From IMG/VR virus record IMGVR_UViG_3300035698_029839, positions 124,001 to 188,000 of that record: a stretch of DNA of 64,000 bases. One strand, 5' to 3'. How positions within the stretch are numbered: the first letter of the stretch is position 1; every line of letters starts with the position of its first letter. The notes under the pieces were generated by a model that was given only the letters and a program-made list of their open reading frames with translations, ran no database searches and was not told the DNA's origin. Shown piece after piece: positions 31,555 through 39,765 of this stretch. A program made the position numbers and the translations under genes.

Positions 31555-32688
31555 ATGAAGAGAAATAATAAAGAACAAAAAGAAATACTAGAACAAAAAG
31601 AGTTTTTAAGACAAGTTATAGATGCATCTCCTAGTTTAGTTTTTGTTAAGGATATTAATGGAAAATATATTTTAGCAAATAAAGCAATGGCTAAATTATA
31701 TGGAACAACTATTACTGAAATGGAGGGAAAAACTGATCATGATTTCGCTAAAAAAAATATAATTAATGTCAAAGAAGCAGATAAATATGTTGATGCAGAT
31801 AGAGAAGTAATAGAAAATAGAAAAGAAAAATATATTAGTGAAGAAACTGTTACCAGTTTTGATGAAAAAATTACTTATTTTCAAACTAATAAAATTCCTA
31901 TTATTTTAAATGATGGTTCTGTATGTTGTCTTGGAGTTTCTTCTGATATTACAGCAAGAAAGAAATCAGAAGAAGAATTGTTAAAAGTCAATGCAGAATT
32001 AGAACAGTTTGCTTATGTGGCTTCTCATGACCTTCAAGAACCATTAAGAGCAGTTTATTCTTATTGCCAATTATTAAAAGAAAAAGAATATGATAATGTT
32101 AATGATGAGGGGAAGAAGTATTTTAACTATATAATAGATTCTAGTCTAAGAATGAGAAATCTTATTAAAGAACTTCTCGATTATTCGAGAGTTGGGAGAA
32201 AAGATAAACCATTTGAAAAAATTAATTTAGGAGAAGTATTAGAGGAAGTATTGAATGATTTTGAAGTTCTGATAAAAGAGACAGAAGCTAATATAATTAT
32301 TGATCGCGATATACCACATATTTTTGGTATACGTTTTAGAATTAAACAATTGTTACATAATATAATTAGTAATTCATTAAAATTCAAAAGTGAGGAAAAA
32401 CCTGTTATAAGAATAATTTGTTGCAATTATAAAAAAAATTCTCATTATTGGCTTTTTTATATTAAAGATAATGGACTAGGAATAGAGCCAAAATATTATG
32501 ATCGTATTTTTGGGATTTTTAAAAGATTGTATTCAAGAGAAGAATATCCTGGTACAGGAATAGGATTAGCATTATGCAAAAGGATTGTAGAGGCCCATGG
32601 TGGTAAAATATGGGTAAAATCTCAAAAAGATAAAGGAACTTGTATCTATTTTACGATTGCTAAATCATGGGGTATTTTTGATAATTAA
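31555..32688 (+). CDS. cytoplasmic PAS-domain histidine kinase
   Basis: PAS (FVKDING.Y..AN), ASHDLQEPLR, N-box, DNGLGI, GTGIGLA; no TM segment. Confidence 0.93.
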   Translation: MKRNNKEQKEILEQKEFLRQVIDASPSLVFVKDINGKYILANKAMAKLYGTTITEMEGKTDHDFAKKNIINVKEADKYVDADREVIENRKEKYISEETVTSFDEKITYFQTNKIPIILNDGSVCCLGVSSDITARKKSEEELLKVNAELEQFAYVASHDLQEPLRAVYSYCQLLKEKEYDNVNDEGKKYFNYIIDSSLRMRNLIKELLDYSRVGRKDKPFEKINLGEVLEEVLNDFEVLIKETEANIIIDRDIPHIFGIRFRIKQLLHNIISNSLKFKSEEKPVIRIICCNYKKNSHYWLFYIKDNGLGIEPKYYDRIFGIFKRLYSREEYPGTGIGLALCKRIVEAHGGKIWVKSQKDKGTCIYFTIAKSWGIFDN

Positions 32689-32706
32689 ATATAAGTTATT
32701 TTTAGG

Positions 32707-32734
32707 TTGAAAAGTGAAAGTGATATGGTATAAT
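32707..32734 (+). promoter_or_regulatory. sigma70-type promoter with AGTGAAA box
   Basis: TTGAAA-16nt-TATAAT with TG extension. Confidence 0.75.
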
Positions 32735-32770
32735 AATTCCATTAAAGTATTTTATTATTTTTATCGATAA

Positions 32771-32822
32771 TAGAATAGTTAGTTTAGTTTAGTTTAGTTT
32801 AGTTTAGTTTAGTTTAGTTTAG
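32771..32822 (+). repeat. 11 x TAG array (mostly TAG-NN) in 5' leader
   Basis: TAG at 32771, 76, 80, 85, 90, 95, 32800, 05, 10, 15, 20; SD follows. Confidence 0.9.
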
Positions 32823-32838
32823 AGAAAAGGAGTACAAA

Positions 32839-33456
32839 ATGAAAAAGGGTAAAGCGGAATTAGTGTTTATTGTTGATCGCTCAGGTTCAATGAGCGATAT
32901 TGCCTCAGATATGCAAGGGGCAATCAAGTCAGTTCTATCAGATCAAAAGAAAAAATATAAAGGTGATATCGATGTAACCTTTGTGCGTTTTGATTCTGAA
33001 TACGAAGAAGTATTTAGTGGTCGATCTATTAAAGAAGTTTCTGAAAAAGATTTAGAGATTGATCCAAGAGGAGCTACGGCTCTATTGGACGCAATGGGAA
33101 AAACTATCAATAATTTTGAAAGAAAATTCTCTGAAAAAGAAGAGAAGGACAGACCTGAAAAAGTTTTGTTTCTTATCATCACTGATGGAGGAGAAAATGC
33201 TAGTGATGAATTTTCAAAAGATAAAGTTTTTGGTATGATTAAGACTGTTGAGAGAGATCACAAATGGGGATTTACGTTTATTGGGGCCAATCAAGATGCT
33301 ATTTCTGAAGGTAGCAATATTGGAGTAGCAAGAGGTAAATCTCTTAATTATGCAGCAAGTAGTGCTGGAGTTAGATGTATGTCTCAAGAAGTTAGTAATT
33401 TTACAACAAGTTACCTTAGTAAAGGTGATGCAAGTTACTCTTCCGATGATGAGTAA
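32839..33456 (+). CDS. von Willebrand factor A domain protein
   Basis: DRSGSM MIDAS, T.LLDA, ITDGGENAS, FIGANQDA. Confidence 0.92.
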   Translation: MKKGKAELVFIVDRSGSMSDIASDMQGAIKSVLSDQKKKYKGDIDVTFVRFDSEYEEVFSGRSIKEVSEKDLEIDPRGATALLDAMGKTINNFERKFSEKEEKDRPEKVLFLIITDGGENASDEFSKDKVFGMIKTVERDHKWGFTFIGANQDAISEGSNIGVARGKSLNYAASSAGVRCMSQEVSNFTTSYLSKGDASYSSDDE

Positions 33457-33460
33457 TTTT

Positions 33461-33509
33461 TAGTTTAGTTTTAGTTTAGAATAGAATAGAATAGAATAGT
33501 TTAGTTTAG
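33461..33509 (+). repeat. 10 x TAG array in intergenic leader
   Basis: TT- and AA-spaced TAG units, followed by the same AGAAAAGGAGTACAAAATGA as the first leader. Confidence 0.9.
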
Positions 33510-33525
33510 AGAAAAGGAGTACAAA

Positions 33526-34395
33526 ATGAGTTACGATCAAAAGATCCAGTCTGCTCGCAAAGTCATTGACGAGCACAACAACAATGCCGACAAGAAAATT
33601 AATTTTGAGGATTTCATCAAAAAATTGATAGACTTGGGAGGTTCTTCGGAAGACGCATTGAAAGCCGCAAGTTGGGACGACCTCGAAAAATGTGGAATCC
33701 CTACAATTATGGCAAGAAGATTAACATTTCTTTTTAGACAAGATTCTGATAATGGAGGTGGCAAATCTACCTACATTTCAGAAAAGAAGGTTGCAGGACT
33801 TTCTTATAAGGAATTAATTGAACGTTACAATCCAAAAGATGTTAAAAATCCTGTAGGTAAAAGATTAAAAGATCTTTCAGATGGCAAAAAGTTTATTGTA
33901 TTTAATGATAATAGTAAAGTTAATGTCGAAGAAACAGTCAAACTTTTAGAAGATCTTTTAAATGGTCTGGAAGAAGTAAAAACAGCTTTTGTATGTAATA
34001 GGCCATTTCCAACATTTTGTATTGGAGAACGTCCAGACTTCTACGTTGAAGAAAATCCTATTTATCCTGGAAGAGCATTACGTTCTAATGAAACATGTGA
34101 TCAAACAGGACGTTCATGGCAAGGAGTTTCATTAGAAATTCGTCAGTTGTTATATATGGCAGTTGCCACGTATGAGCTTGAAATATCATCTGTATCGAAT
34201 GCTCATGATATACTTGATAAAGTTTTGTCAAAGGATTGTTCTTTAGATAGTATTAGAGCGAGGTACCCAGAAGCATCCAAGCAGTTTGATGGAGATTCTA
34301 AAATAGGACAACTCCCTCTTCTTAAGATCAGAGTAGGAGAACAGGGGAATAAAGGAAAAAGTAACGTTCCTTTTGGTGAAAACACCACTTATTAA
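33526..34395 (+). CDS. hypothetical protein (possible SAM-like helical N-terminus)
   Basis: L...SWDDLEKCGIP...AR pattern. Confidence 0.6.
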   Translation: MSYDQKIQSARKVIDEHNNNADKKINFEDFIKKLIDLGGSSEDALKAASWDDLEKCGIPTIMARRLTFLFRQDSDNGGGKSTYISEKKVAGLSYKELIERYNPKDVKNPVGKRLKDLSDGKKFIVFNDNSKVNVEETVKLLEDLLNGLEEVKTAFVCNRPFPTFCIGERPDFYVEENPIYPGRALRSNETCDQTGRSWQGVSLEIRQLLYMAVATYELEISSVSNAHDILDKVLSKDCSLDSIRARYPEASKQFDGDSKIGQLPLLKIRVGEQGNKGKSNVPFGENTTY

Positions 34396-34401
34396 TATTA
34401 A

Positions 34402-34440
34402 TGATAAGGGGGCAACTTCGGTTGCCCCTTTGTCTTATCA
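34402..34440 (+). terminator. UUCG hairpin, terminator or processing stem
   Basis: GGGGCAAC-TTCG-GTTGCCCC, extendable by TGATAAG/CTTATCA. Confidence 0.75.
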
Positions 34441-34452
34441 AGGAGACAAATA

Positions 34453-35619
34453 ATGTCACAAGAAATGTCAGTAAAACAAGATTTAAAATGCGTTTTTAAT
34501 ATGCCTGAAAAAATAAGTAGTCAATTTGATGGAGATCAAGAAGCATATCATGGGCTTCCACCGTATGCTCCGATAGATGCTTGTCCTGTAGATGAGTACG
34601 AGGCTTGTCCCACTAGTTGGATACATGGCTCAGATATGGTAAGTAGTTATTTCGTAGGAGTAAAAGAAGGTCATGGTATGTGGATAGATCTTAATGAATG
34701 CTTCTATCATACTCATGATGTTGCTATTGTTATTTCTATTCAGGGTATCAATCCTATTACAGGTCAAAAAATGGTAGCTGAGAAAGCTTTAAAGCTAGAG
34801 CAGTATCATAAGAAATGTCCTATTCATAAAGTGAATTTTAAACAAGATAGATATTGTGAAAAATGTGGTTTTAAATGGCCTGGACAAAATTATCTAGCAA
34901 CAACTGGAACTCCCGAAATGAGGTTATGGTTGGATGGTTTTAGAACTCCAGAGGGAACAGTAAGGCAGTATATTTTTACAGAAGATGAAATGAGAGGAGT
35001 AGCTTCTCAGCTAATAGGAAAGGAAAGAGTTTTTGCTATAGGTATTGCTTATTATCTTAGTAAGAATAAGAAACCTTATACTTTGAAACGTCCTGAAAAA
35101 AGAGAATTGTCTGTTGATCATACAGGAGATTCTTTTACCCCACCTATATTTTTTAGCCCCTGGCATACTTCTCAGAGTTTGAATAAAAAAAGCAACGCGG
35201 GTTCTCCACCATCTTATATGGGGCTAGGACATGACTCAAATACTAACATTGATTCTTTAGAATCTATGAATATAAGTTCTTCTGGTGGTTCAGCAGGTGA
35301 TGCTCCCATTGGTAGTAATATGACTAATAGCAGTAAAAAATCTTCTATGAGAGGAGTAATTACTCCTGATAGTGCTCCAGTAGAAGCGCAAGCAGTTCAA
35401 CCAATTACTCCTGTTAAACAATTAGAGATAGGAGCAGGAGCATTAATACAACAACAAGTTTATGATGATCCTAAAATATTAAATTATTGGGAAGAAAAAC
35501 CCGCTGGTATGATTTACATTAATTATTGTGATGAAGGAACAAAGAAGAAAATTTTAGATGCTGGTAGAAGAGCAGATAAAAAAGATGGTTTTATGAAAGA
35601 TCTTAAAGTAGGTGGATGA
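34453..35619 (+). CDS. uncharacterised conserved-domain protein (WLDG..G.VRQ family)
   Basis: LPP..PVDEY, MWI, INPITG, NY, WLDGF....VRQ, GAGALIQQ..Y.D. Confidence 0.6.
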   Translation: MSQEMSVKQDLKCVFNMPEKISSQFDGDQEAYHGLPPYAPIDACPVDEYEACPTSWIHGSDMVSSYFVGVKEGHGMWIDLNECFYHTHDVAIVISIQGINPITGQKMVAEKALKLEQYHKKCPIHKVNFKQDRYCEKCGFKWPGQNYLATTGTPEMRLWLDGFRTPEGTVRQYIFTEDEMRGVASQLIGKERVFAIGIAYYLSKNKKPYTLKRPEKRELSVDHTGDSFTPPIFFSPWHTSQSLNKKSNAGSPPSYMGLGHDSNTNIDSLESMNISSSGGSAGDAPIGSNMTNSSKKSSMRGVITPDSAPVEAQAVQPITPVKQLEIGAGALIQQQVYDDPKILNYWEEKPAGMIYINYCDEGTKKKILDAGRRADKKDGFMKDLKVGG

Positions 35620-35630
35620 TTAGTACAGAG

Positions 35631-35667
35631 AAGGACTGTTCTTTACGTATTGTAGGAACAGTCCTTT
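35631..35667. terminator. bidirectional terminator between convergent genes
   Basis: AAGGACTGTTC/GAACAGTCCTT inverted repeat. Confidence 0.8.
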
Positions 35668-36111
35668 TTACATTGCAGCAGATTTTTTAGATGAATGCGT
35701 TGAATTTAAAGTAGCAAAAGTCAAAGCTCTGGAAAGATCTTTTGGTTGTATTTCGTCTTTAATTAAATAATCTTTAATTCCTAATAACCATGCTTTTCGT
35801 CCGATAGAATAATCTTCTAATCCTGTTAGAACGATAACTGGTATATTTTTGTTGTGTTTTCCGAGATGGTTTAATGTCGTTTCTACTGTTTCTATTCCAT
35901 CTGATTCTGGTAGCGCTAAATCAAGGATGATAGCGTCATAATTCTGTGAGGATAATTTTGTTAGTCCATGTTTTAGACAATTGCATTCGTCAATTATGAT
36001 GTTATTTTTTTCAAATTGGTTAATATAGTTAATTATTAAGTCCCTGTCTTCTTTACTATCTTCTATTAGTAGTACTTTCATTTTTTTTTTGTCCTTTCTA
36101 TTTATAAACAA
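35668..36111 (-). CDS. single-domain response regulator
   Basis: LLIED, ILDLALPESDG, VLTG, DYLIK. Confidence 0.92.
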   Translation of the reverse strand: MFINRKDKKKMKVLLIEDSKEDRDLIINYINQFEKNNIIIDECNCLKHGLTKLSSQNYDAIILDLALPESDGIETVETTLNHLGKHNKNIPVIVLTGLEDYSIGRKAWLLGIKDYLIKDEIQPKDLSRALTFATLNSTHSSKKSAAM

Positions 36112-36551
36112 GAATTCTTATTATCTGGTAGTTTGTTAGATTTTAACCAGTATTCTCCTATCATATTTACTTTTTCATATAATTCATTAATGTCAAAAGT
36201 TTTAGTGACGTATGAATTAGCATGTAATTTATATGTTTCTTCTATATCAGAATAATCTTCAGAAGTGCTAAATATAATGACAGGTATCGCTTTGTAGTTT
36301 TCGTCATTTTTTATTGCTTTAAGTATTTCTTTTCCACTAAGTCCTGGCAAATTTATATCTAAAAGAATAATATTAGGAGTTGGTGCGGATTCAAATTTGT
36401 CTTTTTTATAGAGGAAATTTAAAGCGTCGCCGCCATTAGTTAGATTGAGGATATTTAATGAAAGATTAGGAATCTTGTTTAAAGCTTGTTTTATAAGCTC
36501 AAAATCAGCTTCATTGTCTTCTATAGATAGCACAGTGAATCTTTTACACAT
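36102..36551 (-). CDS. single-domain response regulator (Rcp1/CheY-like)
   Basis: IEDN.AD, LLDINLP, FSTS, ANSYVTK. Confidence 0.92.
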   Translation of the reverse strand: MCKRFTVLSIEDNEADFELIKQALNKIPNLSLNILNLTNGGDALNFLYKKDKFESAPTPNIILLDINLPGLSGKEILKAIKNDENYKAIPVIIFSTSEDYSDIEETYKLHANSYVTKTFDINELYEKVNMIGEYWLKSNKLPDNKNSCL

Positions 36552-36592
36552 ATTTTATTCCCAACTTAGTCAATAAAGGCAGAATACTTACT

Positions 36593-36620
36593 AATTCTTA
36601 TAATCTTATTAAGAATCCTT
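36593..36620 (-). promoter_or_regulatory. putative SigH-like promoter for the response regulators
   Basis: AAGGA-17nt-AGAATT on minus strand. Confidence 0.45.
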
Positions 36621-36626
36621 TTTTAT

Positions 36627-36654
36627 TTGAAAGTGAAAACAAATAAATTATAAT
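36627..36654 (+). promoter_or_regulatory. sigma70-type promoter with AGTGAAA box
   Basis: TTGAAA-16nt-TATAAT. Confidence 0.7.
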
Positions 36655-36685
36655 ATAGAAAACGAAAGTATTAATAGGAGATAAA

Positions 36686-37633
36686 ATGAGTAATGGTAAT
36701 ATTCCAGTTATTAGTATCAGTGCAAAAACCATCCCTGAGGCATGGGAAAGGGCGGTTTTGGCAGTTTGGAGTCAGGGCACGAAAGTGAAAACGCAGTATG
36801 ATAAGCCAGAAGATCCACCAAGTAGAGATGCTACAGTAATGGTATCTGTGGAAGATCCCTTTGCTGAGCCAAGAATTCATAAGAATTTTCCTGGGGGACC
36901 AGCAGAATTAGAATCATATAGGCAAGAAGTGGTAAATGGTATTCATGACCATTGGATAGATCCCGAGAATGATAAATGGACATATACTTACCATGAAAGA
37001 CTATTTAACTATTCTCCTTGTGTAGATTTGAGTAAATCAGACTCTTTACGACCTTTTATTCCTGTTGATCAGATACAGTATATTATAGATTATTTAGCTA
37101 AATCGGGTCACACAAGACGAGCACAGGCTATTACTTGGCAACCTACATGTGATCCACAGACATATGATCCACCATGCTTACAGAGGGTCTGGTGTCGTAT
37201 GATGGAAGATGAGGAAGGTAATCCTGTTTTGAATATGAATACACACTGGAGATCTCGTTGTCTCTATAAGGCTTGGTTTATGAATGCATATGCTATGACT
37301 GATCTTCAAAGATTTATGGCCGAAAAAATAAGTGAAAAAATAGAAAAAACTGTAAAAGTAGGAAGATATATGGATATAAGTGATTCTTTACATCTTTATG
37401 GTAGTTATTTTGGTGAAATTGAGCCAGAAGTTAAGAAAATGAAAGAAAATCCTATATGTCTTGACTGTTCTTTAGAATATAATGAATGTACAGCAGATTA
37501 TATAGAATCTATAAGAAACAATTTAACGCAAAGGACTTATAATACAACAGATACTGCTTTTAAGATGATGACAGATGAAGCAAAAGAAAATCTTAAAAGA
37601 AATCCTGATTATTATAGCGAAGGCGATAAATGA
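36686..37633 (+). CDS. thymidylate synthase-family enzyme (archaeal-like)
   Basis: YTYHERL, RRA, DPPCLQ, RS, N, SLHLY. Confidence 0.85.
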   Translation: MSNGNIPVISISAKTIPEAWERAVLAVWSQGTKVKTQYDKPEDPPSRDATVMVSVEDPFAEPRIHKNFPGGPAELESYRQEVVNGIHDHWIDPENDKWTYTYHERLFNYSPCVDLSKSDSLRPFIPVDQIQYIIDYLAKSGHTRRAQAITWQPTCDPQTYDPPCLQRVWCRMMEDEEGNPVLNMNTHWRSRCLYKAWFMNAYAMTDLQRFMAEKISEKIEKTVKVGRYMDISDSLHLYGSYFGEIEPEVKKMKENPICLDCSLEYNECTADYIESIRNNLTQRTYNTTDTAFKMMTDEAKENLKRNPDYYSEGDK

Positions 37634-37932
37634 TAGATTTTATAGATGAAAAATATGGAAGAGTTGTAATATATGATATAGGAGAACTTGGAGAAATACC
37701 AACTGGAGAATCTATAATAGATGCTATTATGGTGAAAAAACTATCACAATTATCAGAGGCTAGTGTTGTAGGATATAGAAATCTTAAAAAAAGAAAAGTA
37801 AAGATATTAAAAAATAGATATGCTTCGATTGAAGATTATGAAACTGAGCAGTTTGTTCTTAACTATGGCGTAAAAAAAGAAAAAGAAGTATATGATCCTA
37901 TAAAAACGAGATTTGAGATATTAGACTTATGA
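37630..37932 (+). CDS. hypothetical protein ending RFEILDL
   Basis: ATGA-coupled ORF with shared tail. Confidence 0.65.
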   Translation: MIDFIDEKYGRVVIYDIGELGEIPTGESIIDAIMVKKLSQLSEASVVGYRNLKKRKVKILKNRYASIEDYETEQFVLNYGVKKEKEVYDPIKTRFEILDL

Positions 37933-38201
37933 AATATAAAGTAGGCGATAGAATAAAAATAAAAGAAGAAAATTCATTTATAAATGAGTGTAGGGATCTT
38001 CTTGAATCAGTAAATCCTCCTTATGTTCTTACTATAATAGAAGCCTGCGATAAGTATGATAGAAATGACGGTTATTGTGGTGAAAGATATAAAGTAAAAG
38101 AAAATGGACAGTGGAACTGGTATACAGACAATATAGAAGGTTTGTATAAAGAAGAAGTATTTGATCCTATAGAATCAAGATTGGATATTTTAGACTTATG
38201 A
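37929..38201 (+). CDS. KOW/SH3-like small protein ending RLDILDL
   Basis: MKYKVGDRIKI start; shared tail. Confidence 0.65.
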   Translation: MKYKVGDRIKIKEENSFINECRDLLESVNPPYVLTIIEACDKYDRNDGYCGERYKVKENGQWNWYTDNIEGLYKEEVFDPIESRLDILDL

Positions 38202-38351
38202 GTGAGGCAAATTATAGAACTGTAGAATGTTGTAAAAATTGCAAGTGGTGGGATGATGGCTTTGGCGATTATAAATCAACTTGTATCAAATATATTTTTG
38301 AGTCTTATCTCAGTGATAGTATTTGCGATAATTATAAATCAAGGTTTTTAA

Positions 38352-38699
38352 ATGAATAGTGATATAGCTGATAGATTTGATTTATTAATATTTGAAGATG
38401 CTCAACAAATGTTCGACAGAAGAGCAAACGAAGCAGAAAGTAGAAAGAAAAAACTTGCAAAAATAGAGGGAATAGGTTATTGTGAAGGTTTTGAAGGAAG
38501 ATGTGAAGGTGTCGAAGAGGGATGTGAAAATACAGAAAGTGTAAAATGGACACCTTCTAGGACTTTTTATCCTTGGAATATTGATAAAGATCCATTAGAA
38601 GATCCGAATAGGGATATATTCCTATGTGATTGTTGTGAAATAAGATATAACGAATACTGGAATGAAACGTGGAAAGAGTATAATGCAGGAAGATTATGA
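38352..38699 (+). CDS. Cys-rich protein starting DRFDLLIFEDA
   Basis: Related to 38712 ORF. Confidence 0.6.
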   Translation: MNSDIADRFDLLIFEDAQQMFDRRANEAESRKKKLAKIEGIGYCEGFEGRCEGVEEGCENTESVKWTPSRTFYPWNIDKDPLEDPNRDIFLCDCCEIRYNEYWNETWKEYNAGRL

Positions 38700-38711
38700 G
38701 ATATTAGATTT

Positions 38712-39173
38712 ATGATTTATAACGATATGACAGATAGATTTGATCTTTTAATTTTTGAAGATGCAGAAGAATATATTAAAAGAAAAAAGAAAGAGAAAAG
38801 AGAAAAAAAGAAAAAAGACAAAGAAGATAATAGAGAAATGGCAATCAAAGGAGTATGCGAAGGTTGCGAAGAGAAAAAAGAAAATTTAAGATGGGTTAGG
38901 AATCATGAGTATTATTCTTGTTATGACTGTTTCATACATGACTTACAATGTGAATCAAGCGTAATGGTCCCATCTAGGTCATGTGATCAGCTTGAAGATT
39001 ATATGAGCGAAGGTGTTTGGGACGAACTGTGTGAGGCAGATAGGTACAGAAGATATTGTGATATTTGTGAGTGGAGTAGTTTTAATTTTGAAGATGAATA
39101 TTATTGTGAGCATTGGAATGGGTTAGTAGAAGAAATAATAGTATGTGAAAAATGTTATGAGAAAAGGAAATAA
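38712..39173 (+). CDS. Cys-rich protein starting DRFDLLIFEDA
   Basis: Multiple CxxC. Confidence 0.6.
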   Translation: MIYNDMTDRFDLLIFEDAEEYIKRKKKEKREKKKKDKEDNREMAIKGVCEGCEEKKENLRWVRNHEYYSCYDCFIHDLQCESSVMVPSRSCDQLEDYMSEGVWDELCEADRYRRYCDICEWSSFNFEDEYYCEHWNGLVEEIIVCEKCYEKRK

Positions 39174-39765
39174 AATGACAAAATATGAAAAAAAACAAAA
39201 AGAAGCAGCATTAATAATTTCAAGTATTAGTATAATAGTAGGTATTATAGCTTTATGTATAGGTCAATTTGGTTTGGTTTTTATTGGCTTGGTTCTTATT
39301 TGTGGTTTTTACGATATAGAAATAATACTAAAGAAAATTGAAAAAATAATGAAAGAAAAAGAATTAAAATGAAATATGAATATATTCATTTTGTAGAAAT
39401 AGAACAAAAACCTAGAACAAAAGTTTATTCTTGTAGAAATAATAAAAGTAAAGAAGAACTAGGTTTGGTTAAATGGTTTCCTAGTTGGAGACAATATTGT
39501 TTTTATCCCATTGCTAATATAATTCTTAGCAAAGGGTGTTTAAAAGATATACAAAATTTTATGGAGCAATTGTAATGGTTTTAATAAAAAAATCAGTGAG
39601 TAATGTCCCTACATTAAAAGAGTTAATACTGTGTCTTTCTCCTGAAGGAAGAAAAAAAGTATTGGAACTTGTTCAGAATACTCAAGCAGATATGGGCGAT
39701 TGTAATGGCATAATAGAAATAGAATCTCAATATTTTGCAATTGAAGAAGAAATAAAGAAATATAT

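Noticed and set aside
32771-33509. CRISPR array
   Set aside because: Pentamer tandem units with no unique spacers and no cas genes.
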